In this document: one piece after another, positions 18,594-30,491 of the stretch
Numbering within the stretch: position 1 is the stretch's first letter
Layout: the number at the start of each line of letters is the position of its first letter
Assembly (NCBI GenBank): GCA_963675245.1
Contig: OY775910.1
Coordinates: 768,001 to 832,000 of the forward strand
Length of the DNA: 64,000 bases
Source of the DNA: Acholeplasmataceae bacterium
GTDB lineage: Bacteria; Bacillota_I; Bacilli_A; Acholeplasmatales; Acholeplasmataceae
Direction: 5' to 3'
Made by a program: the position numbers and the translations under genes
Notes under the pieces: model-generated
Database searches by the model: none
What the model saw: the letters and a program-made list of their open reading frames with translations, nothing else
What the model was told of the DNA's origin: nothing

Positions 18594-19514
18594 ATGATGG
18601 TTAAATATAAAAAAATAATCAGTGTCATATTAATGGGGTTGTTGTGTCTTGTTTTGATGCCCGTAAGTTATGGTGATATGGGACCAAAGCCAACAACGGA
18701 TGTTGAAATTATTGGTTTGGATGAACCATACTATTTTGATTTACTCGCTTATTACGATGAGGAAGACGTTATTGTACTTGATGATAATCAAATCATTGAA
18801 AGAATTGATTATGATTACTATCTAGATGATTTTCCTAGTGTTTTGAATGGTTACCGAGATGAAGATGGGTTTGGATCATATACACTTTATAGCTTTGCAC
18901 CACATACTATTAGGCAAAATGACAATGTTTATCATTGTGGTTATTATATGCCACCTGATGTTTTTAAAATTGTGTTAGTCTTAGAGTCAGGTGATATGAT
19001 TGTCTCAGACATAATAGAAAAAGAATTGTTTGCTGCATATATTACGTTTGATCTAAGTGATTTTTCGATCACTCAATCAGATAGTGAAGCGTACAACGAT
19101 ATTATGATTTATTATCCAGGTGATCTCGCAGAAGAAAGCATACCAGTTGGGGCAGTCATTATTCAAGTGGTTGTCACAGTGGTTTTAACGATTTTGGTTG
19201 AAGGGCTTATTTTATTTGCGTTTGGTTATCGATCTAAAAAGTCGTTCTTGCTCATTTTATATGTCAATCTTGCGACACAAGTATTATTGTATCTAGCCAT
19301 TGATATAAGCTATTTATATGCGAACTTCTTTGGATTCTTTGGCGCATTATTCTTAGGTGAAGCAGTCGTATTTATTGCAGAAGCGATTCTTTATGGTACA
19401 CTTCTAAAGGAACATTCAAAAACAAAGGCTGTGATATACGCAATTGTTGCTAATCTTGTCAGTTTAGTAGGTGGTATATTGAGTGCGATGTTCCTTCTAT
19501 CCTTGATGATATAA
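18594..19514 (+). CDS. Membrane protein with signal peptide, extracellular domain and 4 C-terminal TMs
   Basis: DMGPKP after signal peptide; hydrophobic C-terminus. Confidence 0.82.
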   Translation: MMVKYKKIISVILMGLLCLVLMPVSYGDMGPKPTTDVEIIGLDEPYYFDLLAYYDEEDVIVLDDNQIIERIDYDYYLDDFPSVLNGYRDEDGFGSYTLYSFAPHTIRQNDNVYHCGYYMPPDVFKIVLVLESGDMIVSDIIEKELFAAYITFDLSDFSITQSDSEAYNDIMIYYPGDLAEESIPVGAVIIQVVVTVVLTILVEGLILFAFGYRSKKSFLLILYVNLATQVLLYLAIDISYLYANFFGFFGALFLGEAVVFIAEAILYGTLLKEHSKTKAVIYAIVANLVSLVGGILSAMFLLSLMI

Positions 19515-19579
19515 TCAAATCATTATCAAATATTTAAACATTTTGTTAAAATTGATAAATAAATAGTTAGGAGTAGCAT

Positions 19580-19762
19580 ATGTTTGAGTATAAAGTGATT
19601 AAAGACATCTATAATTATTCAGAACAACCTCATGATTATGAACGCTTTGAGGAAAAATTGAATGAATTGGCTAAAGAGGGATGGCGTGTTGTATCAGCCC
19701 AAGCAGTGAGTGATAGTTTTACGCACTTAACATGTTTTGCAGTTTTAGAAAGAAACGCATAA
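19580..19762 (+). CDS. DUF4177-like small protein
   Basis: FEYKV...LNELAKEGWRVV motif. Confidence 0.8.
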   Translation: MFEYKVIKDIYNYSEQPHDYERFEEKLNELAKEGWRVVSAQAVSDSFTHLTCFAVLERNA

Positions 19763-19866
19763 GAACACGCTAATTGGCGTGTTTTTTCTTGCATTTAAAA
19801 AGAAGTATGTTATCATAATATTAACCAATTGTTTTGAACATCAAAATAAAATAAGGGAGAATATTT

Positions 19867-20718
19867 ATGAGTAAGATTGGAATTATCGTTTGTGGGAATT
19901 CGGGTGTCGATTACATGAAGCTTGATTACCCAGTCAGATTGATTCGTTCGACATTAAATTTGGATGGAAAAGAATATGAAGATTATGTCGATATTCAAGC
20001 AAAAGAGTTTTATGAAATTTTAGAAAACAATCCTGATGTTGATCTTTCAACATCACAAACATCAACCGGAAAAATAGCACACGTTTATGAAGAAATGAAA
20101 GCTGAAGGATATACTGATATTTTAGTCATCGTTATTTCAGCTAAACTAAGTGGTACATATCAAGGTGCATTATTGGCGAAAGATATGGTTGATGGTGTAA
20201 ACATCTTTGTCCTGGATTCAAGAAGTGTATCATATGGAGAGGCGTATTTAGTAGAAGAATCCATTCGTATGATTGGCGAGGGCATGTCCGTGATTGATAT
20301 ATATGATGAACTTGAGCACATTCGTGATCACATTTATCTATATGTATTAGTCGATACACTTAAATTCTTGGTTAAGAATGGCCGCTTATCTGCGACTTCT
20401 GGCTTTTTAGGAACACTGTTAAAGATTAAACCACTCTTACAAGTTCAAAAAGATGGTAGTTTGGTACCTTATGAAAAGATTAGAACGACAAGAAAAGCTA
20501 GATCTCGATTATTAGAAATTATTGAACATGACATTACAGGAAAAAATGTTATAATATTTATAGCATATACGAACAATAAAGACGATGCTGAAGCCCTAAA
20601 ACAGGATATTCAAGATAAGAGACCAGATGTTTCAATTCGCATTGTACCACTTACGCCTGTTGTTGGTGCACACGCTGGTCCAGGTACCCTTGGTGTCGGT
20701 TATATTGTTTTGCAATAA
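19867..20718 (+). CDS. DegV/FakB family fatty-acid-binding protein
   Basis: TSQ, ISAKLSGTYQ, GAHAGPG motifs. Confidence 0.93.
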   Translation: MSKIGIIVCGNSGVDYMKLDYPVRLIRSTLNLDGKEYEDYVDIQAKEFYEILENNPDVDLSTSQTSTGKIAHVYEEMKAEGYTDILVIVISAKLSGTYQGALLAKDMVDGVNIFVLDSRSVSYGEAYLVEESIRMIGEGMSVIDIYDELEHIRDHIYLYVLVDTLKFLVKNGRLSATSGFLGTLLKIKPLLQVQKDGSLVPYEKIRTTRKARSRLLEIIEHDITGKNVIIFIAYTNNKDDAEALKQDIQDKRPDVSIRIVPLTPVVGAHAGPGTLGVGYIVLQ

Positions 20719-20730
20719 CTGGGAGGTTGT

Positions 20731-21171
20731 TTGATGGTAGACCCTAAACAAGTCATTAATGAGTTACTTGTTGATGTTTTTAATCACATTCTAAGCATAG
20801 AATCAGAAACACTTAAAAAAAGAGGGATTAGACTTTCAATGACAGAAGTTCATGTCTTAGAAGCTATCCGCAGTACTGACGTACCCATTATGGGTCATAT
20901 CGCTCAGAAATTAAGAGTGACTTTAGGTACGCTCACAACATCAATCAATGTGCTTGTAAGAAAAGGCTTTGTCTATCGATACAGAGATGATAACGATCGC
21001 AGAAAGGTCTATATTAAACTAAACCAAACAGCATACGATGTCTTAAAAATTCACGATGATTTCCATGATGAAATGATAGAATCGCTGTTCAAAGACCTTG
21101 AACTTGAAAAAGATGAAGTCTTGATGAAATCACTGGAAAACATTAGTAATTATTTCAAAAAGAGATATTAA
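20731..21171 (+). CDS. MarR family transcriptional regulator (FabT-like)
   Basis: Winged HTH with DRRKVYIKL. Confidence 0.9.
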   Translation: MMVDPKQVINELLVDVFNHILSIESETLKKRGIRLSMTEVHVLEAIRSTDVPIMGHIAQKLRVTLGTLTTSINVLVRKGFVYRYRDDNDRRKVYIKLNQTAYDVLKIHDDFHDEMIESLFKDLELEKDEVLMKSLENISNYFKKRY

Positions 21172-21253
21172 AAATAAGGCGTTTAAACGCCTTTTTCTTT
21201 TCCGTGACTCATGATATAATAGTTTCGGTTATATGTTTGTATGGAGGATTATT

Positions 21254-22186
21254 ATGCGTAACTTTGTTTATGGTGTTGATGTTGGTGGAACTGCTATAAA
21301 AATTGGGCTTTTCACGATCGGCATGCACCATGTTGAAAAAATAGAATTAAACACACCTAAAGAAGACCACGACACATCTGTTTTTGATATGATTATCGAA
21401 GGGATTAATATCCTTAATCAAAAAAACGGATTAAAGTTCAATGATATCGTTGGTATTGGTGTAGCAGTACCTTGCCCTATTAAAGGTGGGTATGTTGAAA
21501 AGTGTCCAAATTTATCATGGTATCAAATTAACCTCACTGAAAACTTTAAAAAGTGGGTACCAGAAGGTGTCATCGTAAGATTTGCTAATGATGCGAATAT
21601 TGCCGCCCTTGGTGAAAAATCCATGCTTTATGACATGTTTAGTGATGTTGTCTTAGTTACACTTGGTACAGGTGTTGGTGGTGGTGTGATTGTTGATGGT
21701 CACATGATTGAAGGCGCTAGGGGATCTGGCGGTGAAGTCGGACACATGAAGGTGTTTGAAACCAACGAAGTATGTGGATGTGGATCATCTGGTTGTTTAG
21801 AACAAATTGCTGGCACAAAAGGCATTTTGAATTATACAAAAGATATGATTGAAGCACATCCTGAATCAGTCTTAAAAGGAAAAGAATTTACAGTTAAAGA
21901 TGTATTTGACGCAGCTAAGCAAGGTGATAAAGCAGCAATGTATACATTCGAACGTGTCACTGATGCGTTAGCACTCGCTTTGGCGAATATCGCAATCGTC
22001 ATTGAACCGGAAATATTCATTATCGGTGGTGGTGTATCAAAAGCAGGTAATTTCTTATTAGAGTCTATTCAAGAAAAGTATAAAAAGATTGCAAGATTTA
22101 ATACAGGAGAAATAAAGTTTGCGTTAGCTGTTACTGGTAATAATGCTGGTATCATTGGGGCAGCTTTAATGATCATAGAATCTTAA
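21254..22186 (+). CDS. glcK: ROK family glucokinase
   Basis: GVDVGGT, NDANIAALGE, GEVGH, CGCGSSGCLE. Confidence 0.9.
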   Translation: MRNFVYGVDVGGTAIKIGLFTIGMHHVEKIELNTPKEDHDTSVFDMIIEGINILNQKNGLKFNDIVGIGVAVPCPIKGGYVEKCPNLSWYQINLTENFKKWVPEGVIVRFANDANIAALGEKSMLYDMFSDVVLVTLGTGVGGGVIVDGHMIEGARGSGGEVGHMKVFETNEVCGCGSSGCLEQIAGTKGILNYTKDMIEAHPESVLKGKEFTVKDVFDAAKQGDKAAMYTFERVTDALALALANIAIVIEPEIFIIGGGVSKAGNFLLESIQEKYKKIARFNTGEIKFALAVTGNNAGIIGAALMIIES

Positions 22187-22206
22187 TCATTATTCGGGGG
22201 GATAAA

Positions 22207-23628
22207 ATGAAGCATATAGATGATAGTTATAGGTCACGAACACATATTGTGGTTATTGGTGACCTTTTTTCTTACCAAATTCAAGAACATCGTTTTGATG
22301 TCGTTGTGAGTCGTGTATTGGATAACATTGATACCATGCTAAACAATCACGCTTTAATGGACACTTTATTTGGTGGAGATGGTATTGATTCTTATGACAG
22401 GATTGTCATGTTTAAAAGCATATTTGATGTGAAGAAAATTAAATGTTTGATATATGAGAAACAAAAAGAAGCCATGCATGTTGGTATCATCAACATTATG
22501 AAAGAAATCTTAGATGATTTAGTATCCGTATGTCATGGTGCAACAAGTATAATCGAGGATCAAATACTACTTGATACATATAGAATTATACTTCATGAAG
22601 TAACGGTAGATGAAGTAGATGATTTATGGATAAAATTAAACACTTTTGATGTGAGATTTCTCTATCAATTAGATGATAAAATATTGGGATTCATTTTACC
22701 AAAAGCATGTATTAAGGCGCATGATTTAATGATTGCGAAGATGCTGAATATAGGGTTGATTGAAGATATACCTATTAAGCCGTTTGAACAGGACATCAGG
22801 GCTGATGCTCCTTATCATATGAACGATTTAAACGTGTATATGGAGGTAGCGGGTAACAGACATATTAAACGAATTAATCATAGCTTTTATAAGGGCATCT
22901 TTTATCATAGTGAATATGACATCATTCTCAAAGGGTTAATGATTTCAGATGAAGAGATTTATCATATGTATAGCACGTTATTCAGTGAAGTTGGTCACAC
23001 ACCTATTTTAATGAAAATTCCTACATTTACAGATCATTTTAATTTAATGATAGATCACACATTGAAAACGGAGGTTAATCAATTTTCTTTTTCACATTTA
23101 GGTCTTAAAAATTGGATATCAGGATTGGCAAAAGCCATCCAAAGATATCACCCTCATTTGGTATTTATTATTCCTCAGTTAAATAGCAAACACGATCTTG
23201 ATTTTTGGGACCATGAAATCAATGTGTTATTTATGCATTTGAAACACGATTATCAAGTAGGGATGACCATTGAAACAGAAGCGGCACTTCAGTATTGTGA
23301 AGACTTCGAGAAGTTAGAACCAGCTATTTTACTATTGGATGAGCTAATGAGCGAATATAGTGACAAACAAAATAATAAGCATATATTTCATGGCGAGTTG
23401 CGCTTCTTGATTGATGATTTGAAAGATGCACATACTATTTTTCGTTTAAAACAGATTAAATCACATATTATATCAGGTGAGGTATTAAAAGATAAAAACA
23501 CACTACGAAAGTTGATTAACATGGGGTTTAAAGAATTCGCATTAACAATCGATCAATTATGTGATGCAAGTACTGTTTTCGAGAAATGGGAAAAATCAAG
23601 AGGTAAATACAGCAAAAAGAAGAGTTAA
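22207..23628 (+). CDS. Highly diverged PTS Enzyme I (PtsI)-like protein
   Basis: Collinear degenerate EI motifs: [46 protein letters not shown]. Confidence 0.65.
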   Translation: MKHIDDSYRSRTHIVVIGDLFSYQIQEHRFDVVVSRVLDNIDTMLNNHALMDTLFGGDGIDSYDRIVMFKSIFDVKKIKCLIYEKQKEAMHVGIINIMKEILDDLVSVCHGATSIIEDQILLDTYRIILHEVTVDEVDDLWIKLNTFDVRFLYQLDDKILGFILPKACIKAHDLMIAKMLNIGLIEDIPIKPFEQDIRADAPYHMNDLNVYMEVAGNRHIKRINHSFYKGIFYHSEYDIILKGLMISDEEIYHMYSTLFSEVGHTPILMKIPTFTDHFNLMIDHTLKTEVNQFSFSHLGLKNWISGLAKAIQRYHPHLVFIIPQLNSKHDLDFWDHEINVLFMHLKHDYQVGMTIETEAALQYCEDFEKLEPAILLLDELMSEYSDKQNNKHIFHGELRFLIDDLKDAHTIFRLKQIKSHIISGEVLKDKNTLRKLINMGFKEFALTIDQLCDASTVFEKWEKSRGKYSKKKS

Positions 23629-23671
23629 TCAAAATATTTTTAAAGAATATGAGGTTTATATTATAAAAGGG

Positions 23672-23836
23672 TTGCAATTACCCTTTTTATTTTATATAAT
23701 AGTAACGCTCGTGCGTATGCAGGAGAAGGCTGTGAAATGGGAGGTTGCCGGCACGCGGATAGCCGTTGTCTATGTAGCTGGGGTATTTCCATGGAGCAAG
23801 TCTATACATGATTATAGGCGAAAGGAGCTTAAAAGA
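23672..23836 (+). promoter_or_regulatory. S10 operon promoter and structured leader
   Basis: TTGCAA-17-TATAAT; GC-rich leader GAGGTTGCCGGCAC...TTTCCATGGAG resembling Firmicute rpsJ leaders. Confidence 0.7.
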
Positions 23837-24145
23837 ATGGCAAAAGATGTTATTAAAATTCGTTTAAAGGCTTACGATCACAGATTATTAGATCAAGCTG
23901 CGAAGAAGATTGTTGACAGTGCAATCCGTACTGGTGCAGAGGTACAAGGACCAATTCCACTACCGACACAAAAAGAAATCTTCACGATCTTACGTTCACC
24001 ACACAAATATAAAGACTCACGTGAACAATTTGAACGTAGAACACACAAGCGCTTAATCCAAATTATTGATCCAAATCCAAAAACGATTAGTGCCTTGATG
24101 GATATTGATTTACCATCAGGTATTGACATTGTCTTAAAGAAATAA
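23837..24145 (+). CDS. rpsJ: 30S ribosomal protein S10
   Basis: [24 protein letters not shown] before ATG 23837. Confidence 0.98.
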   Translation: MAKDVIKIRLKAYDHRLLDQAAKKIVDSAIRTGAEVQGPIPLPTQKEIFTILRSPHKYKDSREQFERRTHKRLIQIIDPNPKTISALMDIDLPSGIDIVLKK

Positions 24146-24181
24146 GACCAAAAGGCAAAATAAATTAAGAGAGGTAAAAAA

Positions 24182-24820
24182 ATGGCCAAAGGAATCTTAG
24201 GTAGAAAATTGGGCATGACACAAGTCTTCGACGAAAACGGTGTGTTAGTTCCAGTAACCGTAATAGACGTGGCTGACAATGTTGTTCTTCAACAAAAGAA
24301 TGTTGAAACAGACGGATACGTCGCAACACAAGTCGGTTTCGATACTAAACGGGAAAAATTAAGTAACAAGCCTGAATTAGGGCACGTGAAAAAAGCTAAT
24401 ACAGCACCTAAGCGCTTCGTAAAAGAACTCCGCTTTGATGAAGGGCTTGAAAATGAGTTGCTAAGTATAGCGGTCGGCGCGCCAGTTAGTATTGAATTAT
24501 TTAAAGCAGGCGAAACAGTTGATGTTCAAGGAACGTCAAAAGGTAAAGGGTTCGCAGGTAGTATTAAACGACACAATCAACATCGTGGACCGATGGCACA
24601 TGGTTCTAGATACCATCGTGGACCTGGTTCAATGGGACCTATCAAAGGTAACATGAAGGGTAAAAACCTTCCAGGACAAATGGGACACGAAACAGTGACC
24701 ATTCAAAACTTAAAAATTGTTAATGTTGATGTTGAAAATCAAGTGTTGTTAATCAGCGGAAGCATCCCAGGTCCTAAAAAAGGATTTGTCGTTGTTAAAT
24801 CTGCTGTGAAGGGTAATTAG
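24182..24820 (+). CDS. rplC: 50S ribosomal protein L3
   Basis: [11 protein letters not shown]. Confidence 0.98.
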   Translation: MAKGILGRKLGMTQVFDENGVLVPVTVIDVADNVVLQQKNVETDGYVATQVGFDTKREKLSNKPELGHVKKANTAPKRFVKELRFDEGLENELLSIAVGAPVSIELFKAGETVDVQGTSKGKGFAGSIKRHNQHRGPMAHGSRYHRGPGSMGPIKGNMKGKNLPGQMGHETVTIQNLKIVNVDVENQVLLISGSIPGPKKGFVVVKSAVKGN

Positions 24821-24831
24821 GAGGAACGATC

Positions 24832-25461
24832 ATGCCAAAAACAGTTTTATTAAATCAAGCAGGCAAAAAGGTCGCTGACCTTACATTATCTGATTACATA
24901 TTCGGCATTGAACCACATCAACAAGTTCTTTATGAAGTTGTTAACGCACAACGTGCAGCAATGAGACAAGGAACACATGATGTTAAGAACCGCGGCGAAG
25001 TCAGCGGTGGTGGTAGAAAGCCATGGCGTCAAAAGGGTACAGGTCGTGCTCGCCAAGGATCTACACGTTCACCACAATGGCGTCACGGTGGTGTTGTCTT
25101 CGGACCTACACCTAGAGGTTATGCAGTTAAGTTAAATCAAAAGGTTAGACAACTTGGATTACGCTCAGCGTTATCTTATCAATTTGAAAATGATCAATTG
25201 AAAGTTGTTGATGCGATTGATTTTGAAGCACCTAAAACAAAAGCATTTGTTGGATTCTTAAATGATCTTGGTGTTGAAGGTAAAGTTTTAGTCGTTGGTA
25301 AAGATTTTAGTGATGCAGTTATGTTAGCGTCAAGAAACGTACCAACAGTTAAGCTTGTTGAGGCTTCACATGTTAGCGTCTATGACCTCTTGAATTGCAA
25401 TGCGCTTGTTGTAACTAAAGATGCGGTTGCAGCATTTGAGGAGGTATTAGGTAATGACTAA
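24832..25461 (+). CDS. rplD: 50S ribosomal protein L4
   Basis: KPWRQKGTGRAR. Confidence 0.98.
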   Translation: MPKTVLLNQAGKKVADLTLSDYIFGIEPHQQVLYEVVNAQRAAMRQGTHDVKNRGEVSGGGRKPWRQKGTGRARQGSTRSPQWRHGGVVFGPTPRGYAVKLNQKVRQLGLRSALSYQFENDQLKVVDAIDFEAPKTKAFVGFLNDLGVEGKVLVVGKDFSDAVMLASRNVPTVKLVEASHVSVYDLLNCNALVVTKDAVAAFEEVLGND

Positions 25462-25741
25462 GTATTATGATATTTTGAAGGCTCCTATTATTACGGAGCA
25501 AACAACAAAACTTATCGAAGGTTTTAATAAGTACACATTCAAAGTTGCAAGAACTGCGAATAAAGTTGAAATTAAAAAAGCAGTTGAAGTAATCTTCAAT
25601 GTTAATGTCATTTCAGTTAATACAATCAATATGAAACCTAAGAAAAAACGTGTTGGTAAGTATGAAGGGTACACACAAGCTTATAAAAAAGCGGTTGTAC
25701 AGTTAGCAGAAGGCCAAAAGATTGATGCCTTCACAATCTAA
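25454..25741 (+). CDS. rplW: 50S ribosomal protein L23
   Basis: PIITE, ANKVEIKKAVE. Confidence 0.97.
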   Translation: MTKYYDILKAPIITEQTTKLIEGFNKYTFKVARTANKVEIKKAVEVIFNVNVISVNTINMKPKKKRVGKYEGYTQAYKKAVVQLAEGQKIDAFTI

Positions 25742-25769
25742 GTGAAGAACTAGAGGAGGTTTAACCGAA

Positions 25770-26600
25770 ATGGCGGTTAAAAAATACAAAGCGACCACTA
25801 ATGGTCGTCGTAACATGAGCGTATTAACCTACGACGAAATCACAACTTCAACTCCTGAAAAATCACTACTAGAACCATTTTCTAAATCGGGCGGCAGAAA
25901 TGCGCAAGGTAAGATTACCGTTAGACATATTGGCGGTGGTCATAAAAGAAAATATCGTGTAATTGATTTCAAAAGAAGAAAAGATAATATTATTGGTAAA
26001 GTGGCAACGATCGAATACGATCCAAACCGCACAGCTAATATTGCGTTAATTAACTATGTAGATGGTGAAAAACGCTATATCATCGCACCTCAGGGATTGG
26101 TAGTTGGCCAGGAAATTCTTTCTGGTGAGCACGTCGATATTAAAGTTGGTAATGCAATGCCAATTATGAACATTCCAGTAGGTACGATTATTCACAATAT
26201 CGAACTAAGTCCTGGTAAAGGTGGACAAATCGCACGTAGTGCTGGCGCGTCTGCACAAATTCTAGGTCGTGAAGAAAAGTATGTATTAGTTCGTTTACAA
26301 TCTGGCGAAGTTAGAAAGATCTTAGGCACATGCCGTGCAACGATTGGCGTTGTTGGTAATGAGTCATGGGAACTTGTTAACATCGGTAAAGCAGGCCGTA
26401 AACGTCATATGGGCGTTAAGCCAACAGTTAGAGGATCAGTCATGAATCCAAACGATCACCCTCACGGTGGTGGTGAAGGTCGTGCACCGATCGGTAGAAA
26501 GTCACCGATGACACCTTGGGGCAAAAAAGCTCGTGGTGTTAAGACGAGAGACAGCAAAAAAGCTTCGAATGACTTAATCATTCGTCGCCGTACGAAATAG
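25770..26600 (+). CDS. rplB: 50S ribosomal protein L2
   Basis: [13 protein letters not shown]. Confidence 0.98.
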   Translation: MAVKKYKATTNGRRNMSVLTYDEITTSTPEKSLLEPFSKSGGRNAQGKITVRHIGGGHKRKYRVIDFKRRKDNIIGKVATIEYDPNRTANIALINYVDGEKRYIIAPQGLVVGQEILSGEHVDIKVGNAMPIMNIPVGTIIHNIELSPGKGGQIARSAGASAQILGREEKYVLVRLQSGEVRKILGTCRATIGVVGNESWELVNIGKAGRKRHMGVKPTVRGSVMNPNDHPHGGGEGRAPIGRKSPMTPWGKKARGVKTRDSKKASNDLIIRRRTK

Positions 26601-26613
26601 GAGGAAATGAGAC

Positions 26614-26895
26614 ATGGCACGTTCAATTAAAAAAGGACCATTCTGTGATCATCACTTACTTGAAAAAGTTCGCAAACAAAATGCAGCTAATGAAAAGAAA
26701 GTTATTCAAACTTGGTCACGCCGTTCGACGATTTTCCCTGATTTCATCGGACACACTATCGCTGTCTATAATGGCAAATCGCATGTTCCTGTCTACGTTA
26801 CTGAAGACATGGTAGGTCACAAGTTAGGTGAATTCGCACCTACACGTACATATCATGGACACAGTAAAGAAGATAAGAAAGCTAAGAAGAATTAA
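26614..26895 (+). CDS. rpsS: 30S ribosomal protein S19
   Basis: [13 protein letters not shown]. Confidence 0.98.
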   Translation: MARSIKKGPFCDHHLLEKVRKQNAANEKKVIQTWSRRSTIFPDFIGHTIAVYNGKSHVPVYVTEDMVGHKLGEFAPTRTYHGHSKEDKKAKKN

Positions 26896-26906
26896 TTGGA
26901 GGAGAA

Positions 26907-27245
26907 ATGATGGAAACGAAAGCAACAGCTAAAACCGTTCGCATTGCTCCACGTAAAGCACGTCTAGTCATTGACTTGATTCGTGGTCGCGACGTTAAAG
27001 AAGCGAAAGCCGTATTAATGTTCACACCACGTGGTGCATCACCAATTATTTTAAAGGTGTTAAACAGTGCGATAGCGAACGCAGAAAATAACGATAATGC
27101 AAATGTTGACAATTTATATGTCAAAGAATGTTATGTATCTGAAGGTGTACGTCTAAAGAGACTTTTGCCACGTGCAAAGGGTCAGGGCGACATCATTAAG
27201 AAGAGAACAAGCCACATCACTGTTGTTGTGGCAGAAAGAGAGTAG
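26907..27245 (+). CDS. rplV: 50S ribosomal protein L22
   Basis: PRKARLV, PRAKG. Confidence 0.98.
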   Translation: MMETKATAKTVRIAPRKARLVIDLIRGRDVKEAKAVLMFTPRGASPIILKVLNSAIANAENNDNANVDNLYVKECYVSEGVRLKRLLPRAKGQGDIIKKRTSHITVVVAERE

Positions 27246-27255
27246 AGGTGAGCAC

Positions 27256-28029
27256 ATGGGTCAAAAAGTACATCCAGTAGGCATGCGTGTTGGCATTATC
27301 CGTAATTGGGATTCTAGATGGTATGCAGAAAAAGGTAATGTTCCTGCACTCGTCAAAGAAGACGCTGACATCCGTAAGTATATCAACACATTTTATAAAA
27401 AAGCAGCCGTTTCTCACGTCGAAATCGAACGCGTTAAAGGTAAAGGCGGTAAAGACCGTGTGAAAATCACACTACATACTGCTAAGCCTGGTATGGTCAT
27501 TGGCCGTGATGGCGTGATCAAAAAAGAAGCAGTTGGAAAACTTGAAAAACTAACTGATAAGGAAATCGTCTTATCAATTATAGAAGTGTCACACCCTGAA
27601 AGAGTTGCAACATTAGTTGCACAAAGCATTGCAGAACAACTAGAAAATCGTGCATCATTCAGACGTGTACAAAAAATTGCGATTCAACGTGCATTAAAGA
27701 GCGGCGCTAAAGGTGTTAAAACACTTGTAGCTGGTCGTCTTGGCGGTGCTGAAATCGCACGTAGTGAAGGCTATTCAGAAGGACAAGTACCACTACACAC
27801 TTTACGTGCAGACATTGATTATGCAACTGCAGAAGCACACACAACTTATGGTGTTTTAGGTATTAAAGTATGGATCTATAATGGTGAAGTATTACCTGGA
27901 CAAACACGTGAAGAAAACTTAAAGAAACAATTAGAACGCGTACCACGCGGCGGCGGAAATCGTCGTGGCAAACGCGGCGGCGGTAATAGCAACAATCAAA
28001 ACCGCGGTAACAAAGGAGGCAATAATTAA
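27256..28029 (+). CDS. rpsC: 30S ribosomal protein S3
   Basis: [22 protein letters not shown]. Confidence 0.98.
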   Translation: MGQKVHPVGMRVGIIRNWDSRWYAEKGNVPALVKEDADIRKYINTFYKKAAVSHVEIERVKGKGGKDRVKITLHTAKPGMVIGRDGVIKKEAVGKLEKLTDKEIVLSIIEVSHPERVATLVAQSIAEQLENRASFRRVQKIAIQRALKSGAKGVKTLVAGRLGGAEIARSEGYSEGQVPLHTLRADIDYATAEAHTTYGVLGIKVWIYNGEVLPGQTREENLKKQLERVPRGGGNRRGKRGGGNSNNQNRGNKGGNN

Positions 28030-28031
28030 TC

Positions 28032-28448
28032 ATGTTAATGCCTAAGAGAACAAAATTCCGTCGTCCTCATCGTGTCAGCTATGAAGGTAAGGCAAAAGGT
28101 CGTAACGAAATCCTTAATGGTGACTTCGCATTAGTCGCTTTAGAAGGTGCTTGGATTACAAACCGCCAAATCGAAGCTGCACGTATCGCGATGACGAGAC
28201 ATATGAAGAGATTGGGAAAAGTTTGGATTAATATTTTCCCGCATTTGGCAAAAACCAAAAAACCACTTGAAGTGCGTATGGGTTCCGGTAAAGGTGCTCC
28301 AGATCACTGGGTGGCAGTCGTCAAAGTTGGTAAGATTATGTTTGAAATCAATGGTGTAAGTGAAGAAATCGCAAGAGAAGCACTTCGCCTAGCTTCACAT
28401 AAACTCCCTATTAAGACGAAAATTGTCAAAAGAGGTGAGCAAGCATGA
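28032..28448 (+). CDS. rplP: 50S ribosomal protein L16
   Basis: RMGSGKG. Confidence 0.98.
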   Translation: MLMPKRTKFRRPHRVSYEGKAKGRNEILNGDFALVALEGAWITNRQIEAARIAMTRHMKRLGKVWINIFPHLAKTKKPLEVRMGSGKGAPDHWVAVVKVGKIMFEINGVSEEIAREALRLASHKLPIKTKIVKRGEQA

Positions 28449-28636
28449 CGAAAGCTAAAGAACTAAGAAAGGTCAGTACACCTGATCTTGAAAAAAGAAT
28501 CGTTGAGTTGAAGAAAGAATTATTCAACTTACGCTTTCAGCTTGCAGTAGGACAACTTGAAAATACAGCGCGTATTAGTCAAGTTAAGAAGTCAATCGCA
28601 CAGATGAAAACTATCATCGGCGAACGTACGGAATAA
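28445..28636 (+). CDS. rpmC: 50S ribosomal protein L29
   Basis: ELFNLRFQ; operon position. Confidence 0.97.
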   Translation: MTKAKELRKVSTPDLEKRIVELKKELFNLRFQLAVGQLENTARISQVKKSIAQMKTIIGERTE

Positions 28637-28646
28637 GGAGGATACC

Positions 28647-28907
28647 ATGGAACGTAATGCTAGAAAAGTGTTCACTGGAGTTGTGACTTCCGATAAAATG
28701 GATAAAACGATATCTGTTGAGGTAACTACATACAAAAAAGACCGTCTTTATGGGAAACGTGTTAAGGTATCCAAAAAATTCCATGCACACGATGAACAAG
28801 GTTTAGCAGTAATTGGGGACACCGTTATTATTCAAGAAACACGTCCACTTTCCAAAACTAAACGTTTCCGTTTAGTTAAAGTCGTTGCTAAAGCCGACTT
28901 GGTTTAA
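28647..28907 (+). CDS. rpsQ: 30S ribosomal protein S17
   Basis: [17 protein letters not shown]. Confidence 0.98.
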   Translation: MERNARKVFTGVVTSDKMDKTISVEVTTYKKDRLYGKRVKVSKKFHAHDEQGLAVIGDTVIIQETRPLSKTKRFRLVKVVAKADLV

Positions 28908-28921
28908 GGAGGAAATAAGCT

Positions 28922-29290
28922 ATGATACAACAGGAAACTAGAATGATGGTTGCTGATAACACTGGTGCTAAAGAAGTCTTAGTTATTAAGGTTTTAGGTG
29001 GTACTGGTCGTCGTTATGCGAATATCGGTGATATCGTCATTGTTACAGTTAAAAAAGCCACACCTGCGGGTATGGTTAAAAAGAGCGAAGTCCTTAAGGC
29101 TGTCGTCGTAAGAACTAAAAAAGGATTACGTCGTGCAGACGGATCTTATATTAAATTTGATGAAAACGCAGCAGTCATCATTCGTGATGATTTGACACCA
29201 CGTGGCACGAGAATCTTCGGTCCAGTGGCAAGAGAGTTAAGAGAAAAGAACTTTATGAAGATCGTTTCTTTAGCTCCAGAAGTACTATAA
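28922..29290 (+). CDS. rplN: 50S ribosomal protein L14
   Basis: [16 protein letters not shown]. Confidence 0.98.
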   Translation: MIQQETRMMVADNTGAKEVLVIKVLGGTGRRYANIGDIVIVTVKKATPAGMVKKSEVLKAVVVRTKKGLRRADGSYIKFDENAAVIIRDDLTPRGTRIFGPVARELREKNFMKIVSLAPEVL

Positions 29291-29297
29291 GGAGGTC

Positions 29298-29645
29298 ATG
29301 TCTATGTACATCAAAGCTGGAGATACAGTTGCAGTGATCGCAGGACGTGATCAATTCGCAGTTGATAAAAAGGGTAAAAAGACGAGAAAGACCGGCCGCG
29401 TCTTAAAAGTATTCCCAAACACAGATCGTGTAATCGTTGAGGGTGTTAATATGATGAAAAAACATCAACGTCCAACCAACGCAAATGATAAAGGCGGTAT
29501 TATTGACAGAGAAGCGCCAATCCATGTTTCAAATGTAGCGCTAATCGACCCTAAAACAGGTTTACCAACAAGAGTTGGTTATAAAGTTGTTGAAGGTAAG
29601 AAGGTTCGCTTCGCTAAAAAATCTGGCGAAGTCCTTGATAAATAG
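29298..29645 (+). CDS. rplX: 50S ribosomal protein L24
   Basis: [18 protein letters not shown]. Confidence 0.97.
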   Translation: MSMYIKAGDTVAVIAGRDQFAVDKKGKKTRKTGRVLKVFPNTDRVIVEGVNMMKKHQRPTNANDKGGIIDREAPIHVSNVALIDPKTGLPTRVGYKVVEGKKVRFAKKSGEVLDK

Positions 29646-29653
29646 GAGGTTTG

Positions 29654-30196
29654 ATGATGAGCGTAATTCAAGATAAATATGAAAAAGTAGTCAAACCCGA
29701 ATTAATTAAATCATTCGACTATTCATCAATTATGGAAGTTCCTAAAATTGAAAAGATTGTCGTAAATATGGGTATTGGCGATGCTGTATTCAATCCAAAA
29801 GTATTGGATGATGCAGTCGTTGAATTAGAACAACTTACTGGACAGAAGCCAGTCATCACTAAAGCAAGCAAATCAATCTCTAACTTCAAGTTAAGAGAAG
29901 GCATGCCAATTGGTGCTAAAGTGACACTTCGCGGTAAGAGAATGTATTACTTCCTTGAAAAGTTAATTAATGTTGCGCTTCCACGCGTGCGTGACTTTAG
30001 AGGAATTAGTTCAAATTCATTTGATGGCCGCGGTAACTATACAGTTGGTATCAGAGAACAAATTATTTTCCCTGAAATCAGCCTTGATAAAGTTAAAAAA
30101 GTTCGCGGTATGGATATTGTTATTGTAACAACGGCTAAGAGTGACCAAGAAGGTAGAGCATTATTGTCTGCACTTGGTATGCCGTTTAAGAAGTAG
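29654..30196 (+). CDS. rplE: 50S ribosomal protein L5
   Basis: LPRVRDFRG. Confidence 0.98.
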   Translation: MMSVIQDKYEKVVKPELIKSFDYSSIMEVPKIEKIVVNMGIGDAVFNPKVLDDAVVELEQLTGQKPVITKASKSISNFKLREGMPIGAKVTLRGKRMYYFLEKLINVALPRVRDFRGISSNSFDGRGNYTVGIREQIIFPEISLDKVKKVRGMDIVIVTTAKSDQEGRALLSALGMPFKK

Positions 30197-30206
30197 GAGG
30201 CGTATT

Positions 30207-30476
30207 ATGGCAAAAAAAGCAATGATCATTAAAAATGAGAAAAGACGTCAAGTTGCTGAACGTTATCGTGAAAAAATTGCAGAACTTAAAGCTAAAGGTG
30301 ACTATGAAGCACTTGCTAAGCTTCCAAGAAATGCATCAATGACACGTGTACGTAATCGCGATGCTATTGATGGACGTCCACGTGCCTATATGCGCAAGTT
30401 TGGCTTATCTCGCTTGAAGTTCCGTGACTTAGCTCACAAAGGTGAACTTCCAGGCGTTAAAAAAGCAAGTTGGTAA
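30207..30476 (+). CDS. rpsN: 30S ribosomal protein S14 (89-aa, Cys-free type)
   Basis: [20 protein letters not shown]. Confidence 0.97.
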   Translation: MAKKAMIIKNEKRRQVAERYREKIAELKAKGDYEALAKLPRNASMTRVRNRDAIDGRPRAYMRKFGLSRLKFRDLAHKGELPGVKKASW

Positions 30477-30491
30477 GAAGGAGGAACTAAC

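Noticed and set aside
23561..23836. 92-aa N-terminal extension of S10 in the ORF track
   Set aside because: The region holds the promoter and leader; the RBS and homology support a start at 23837.
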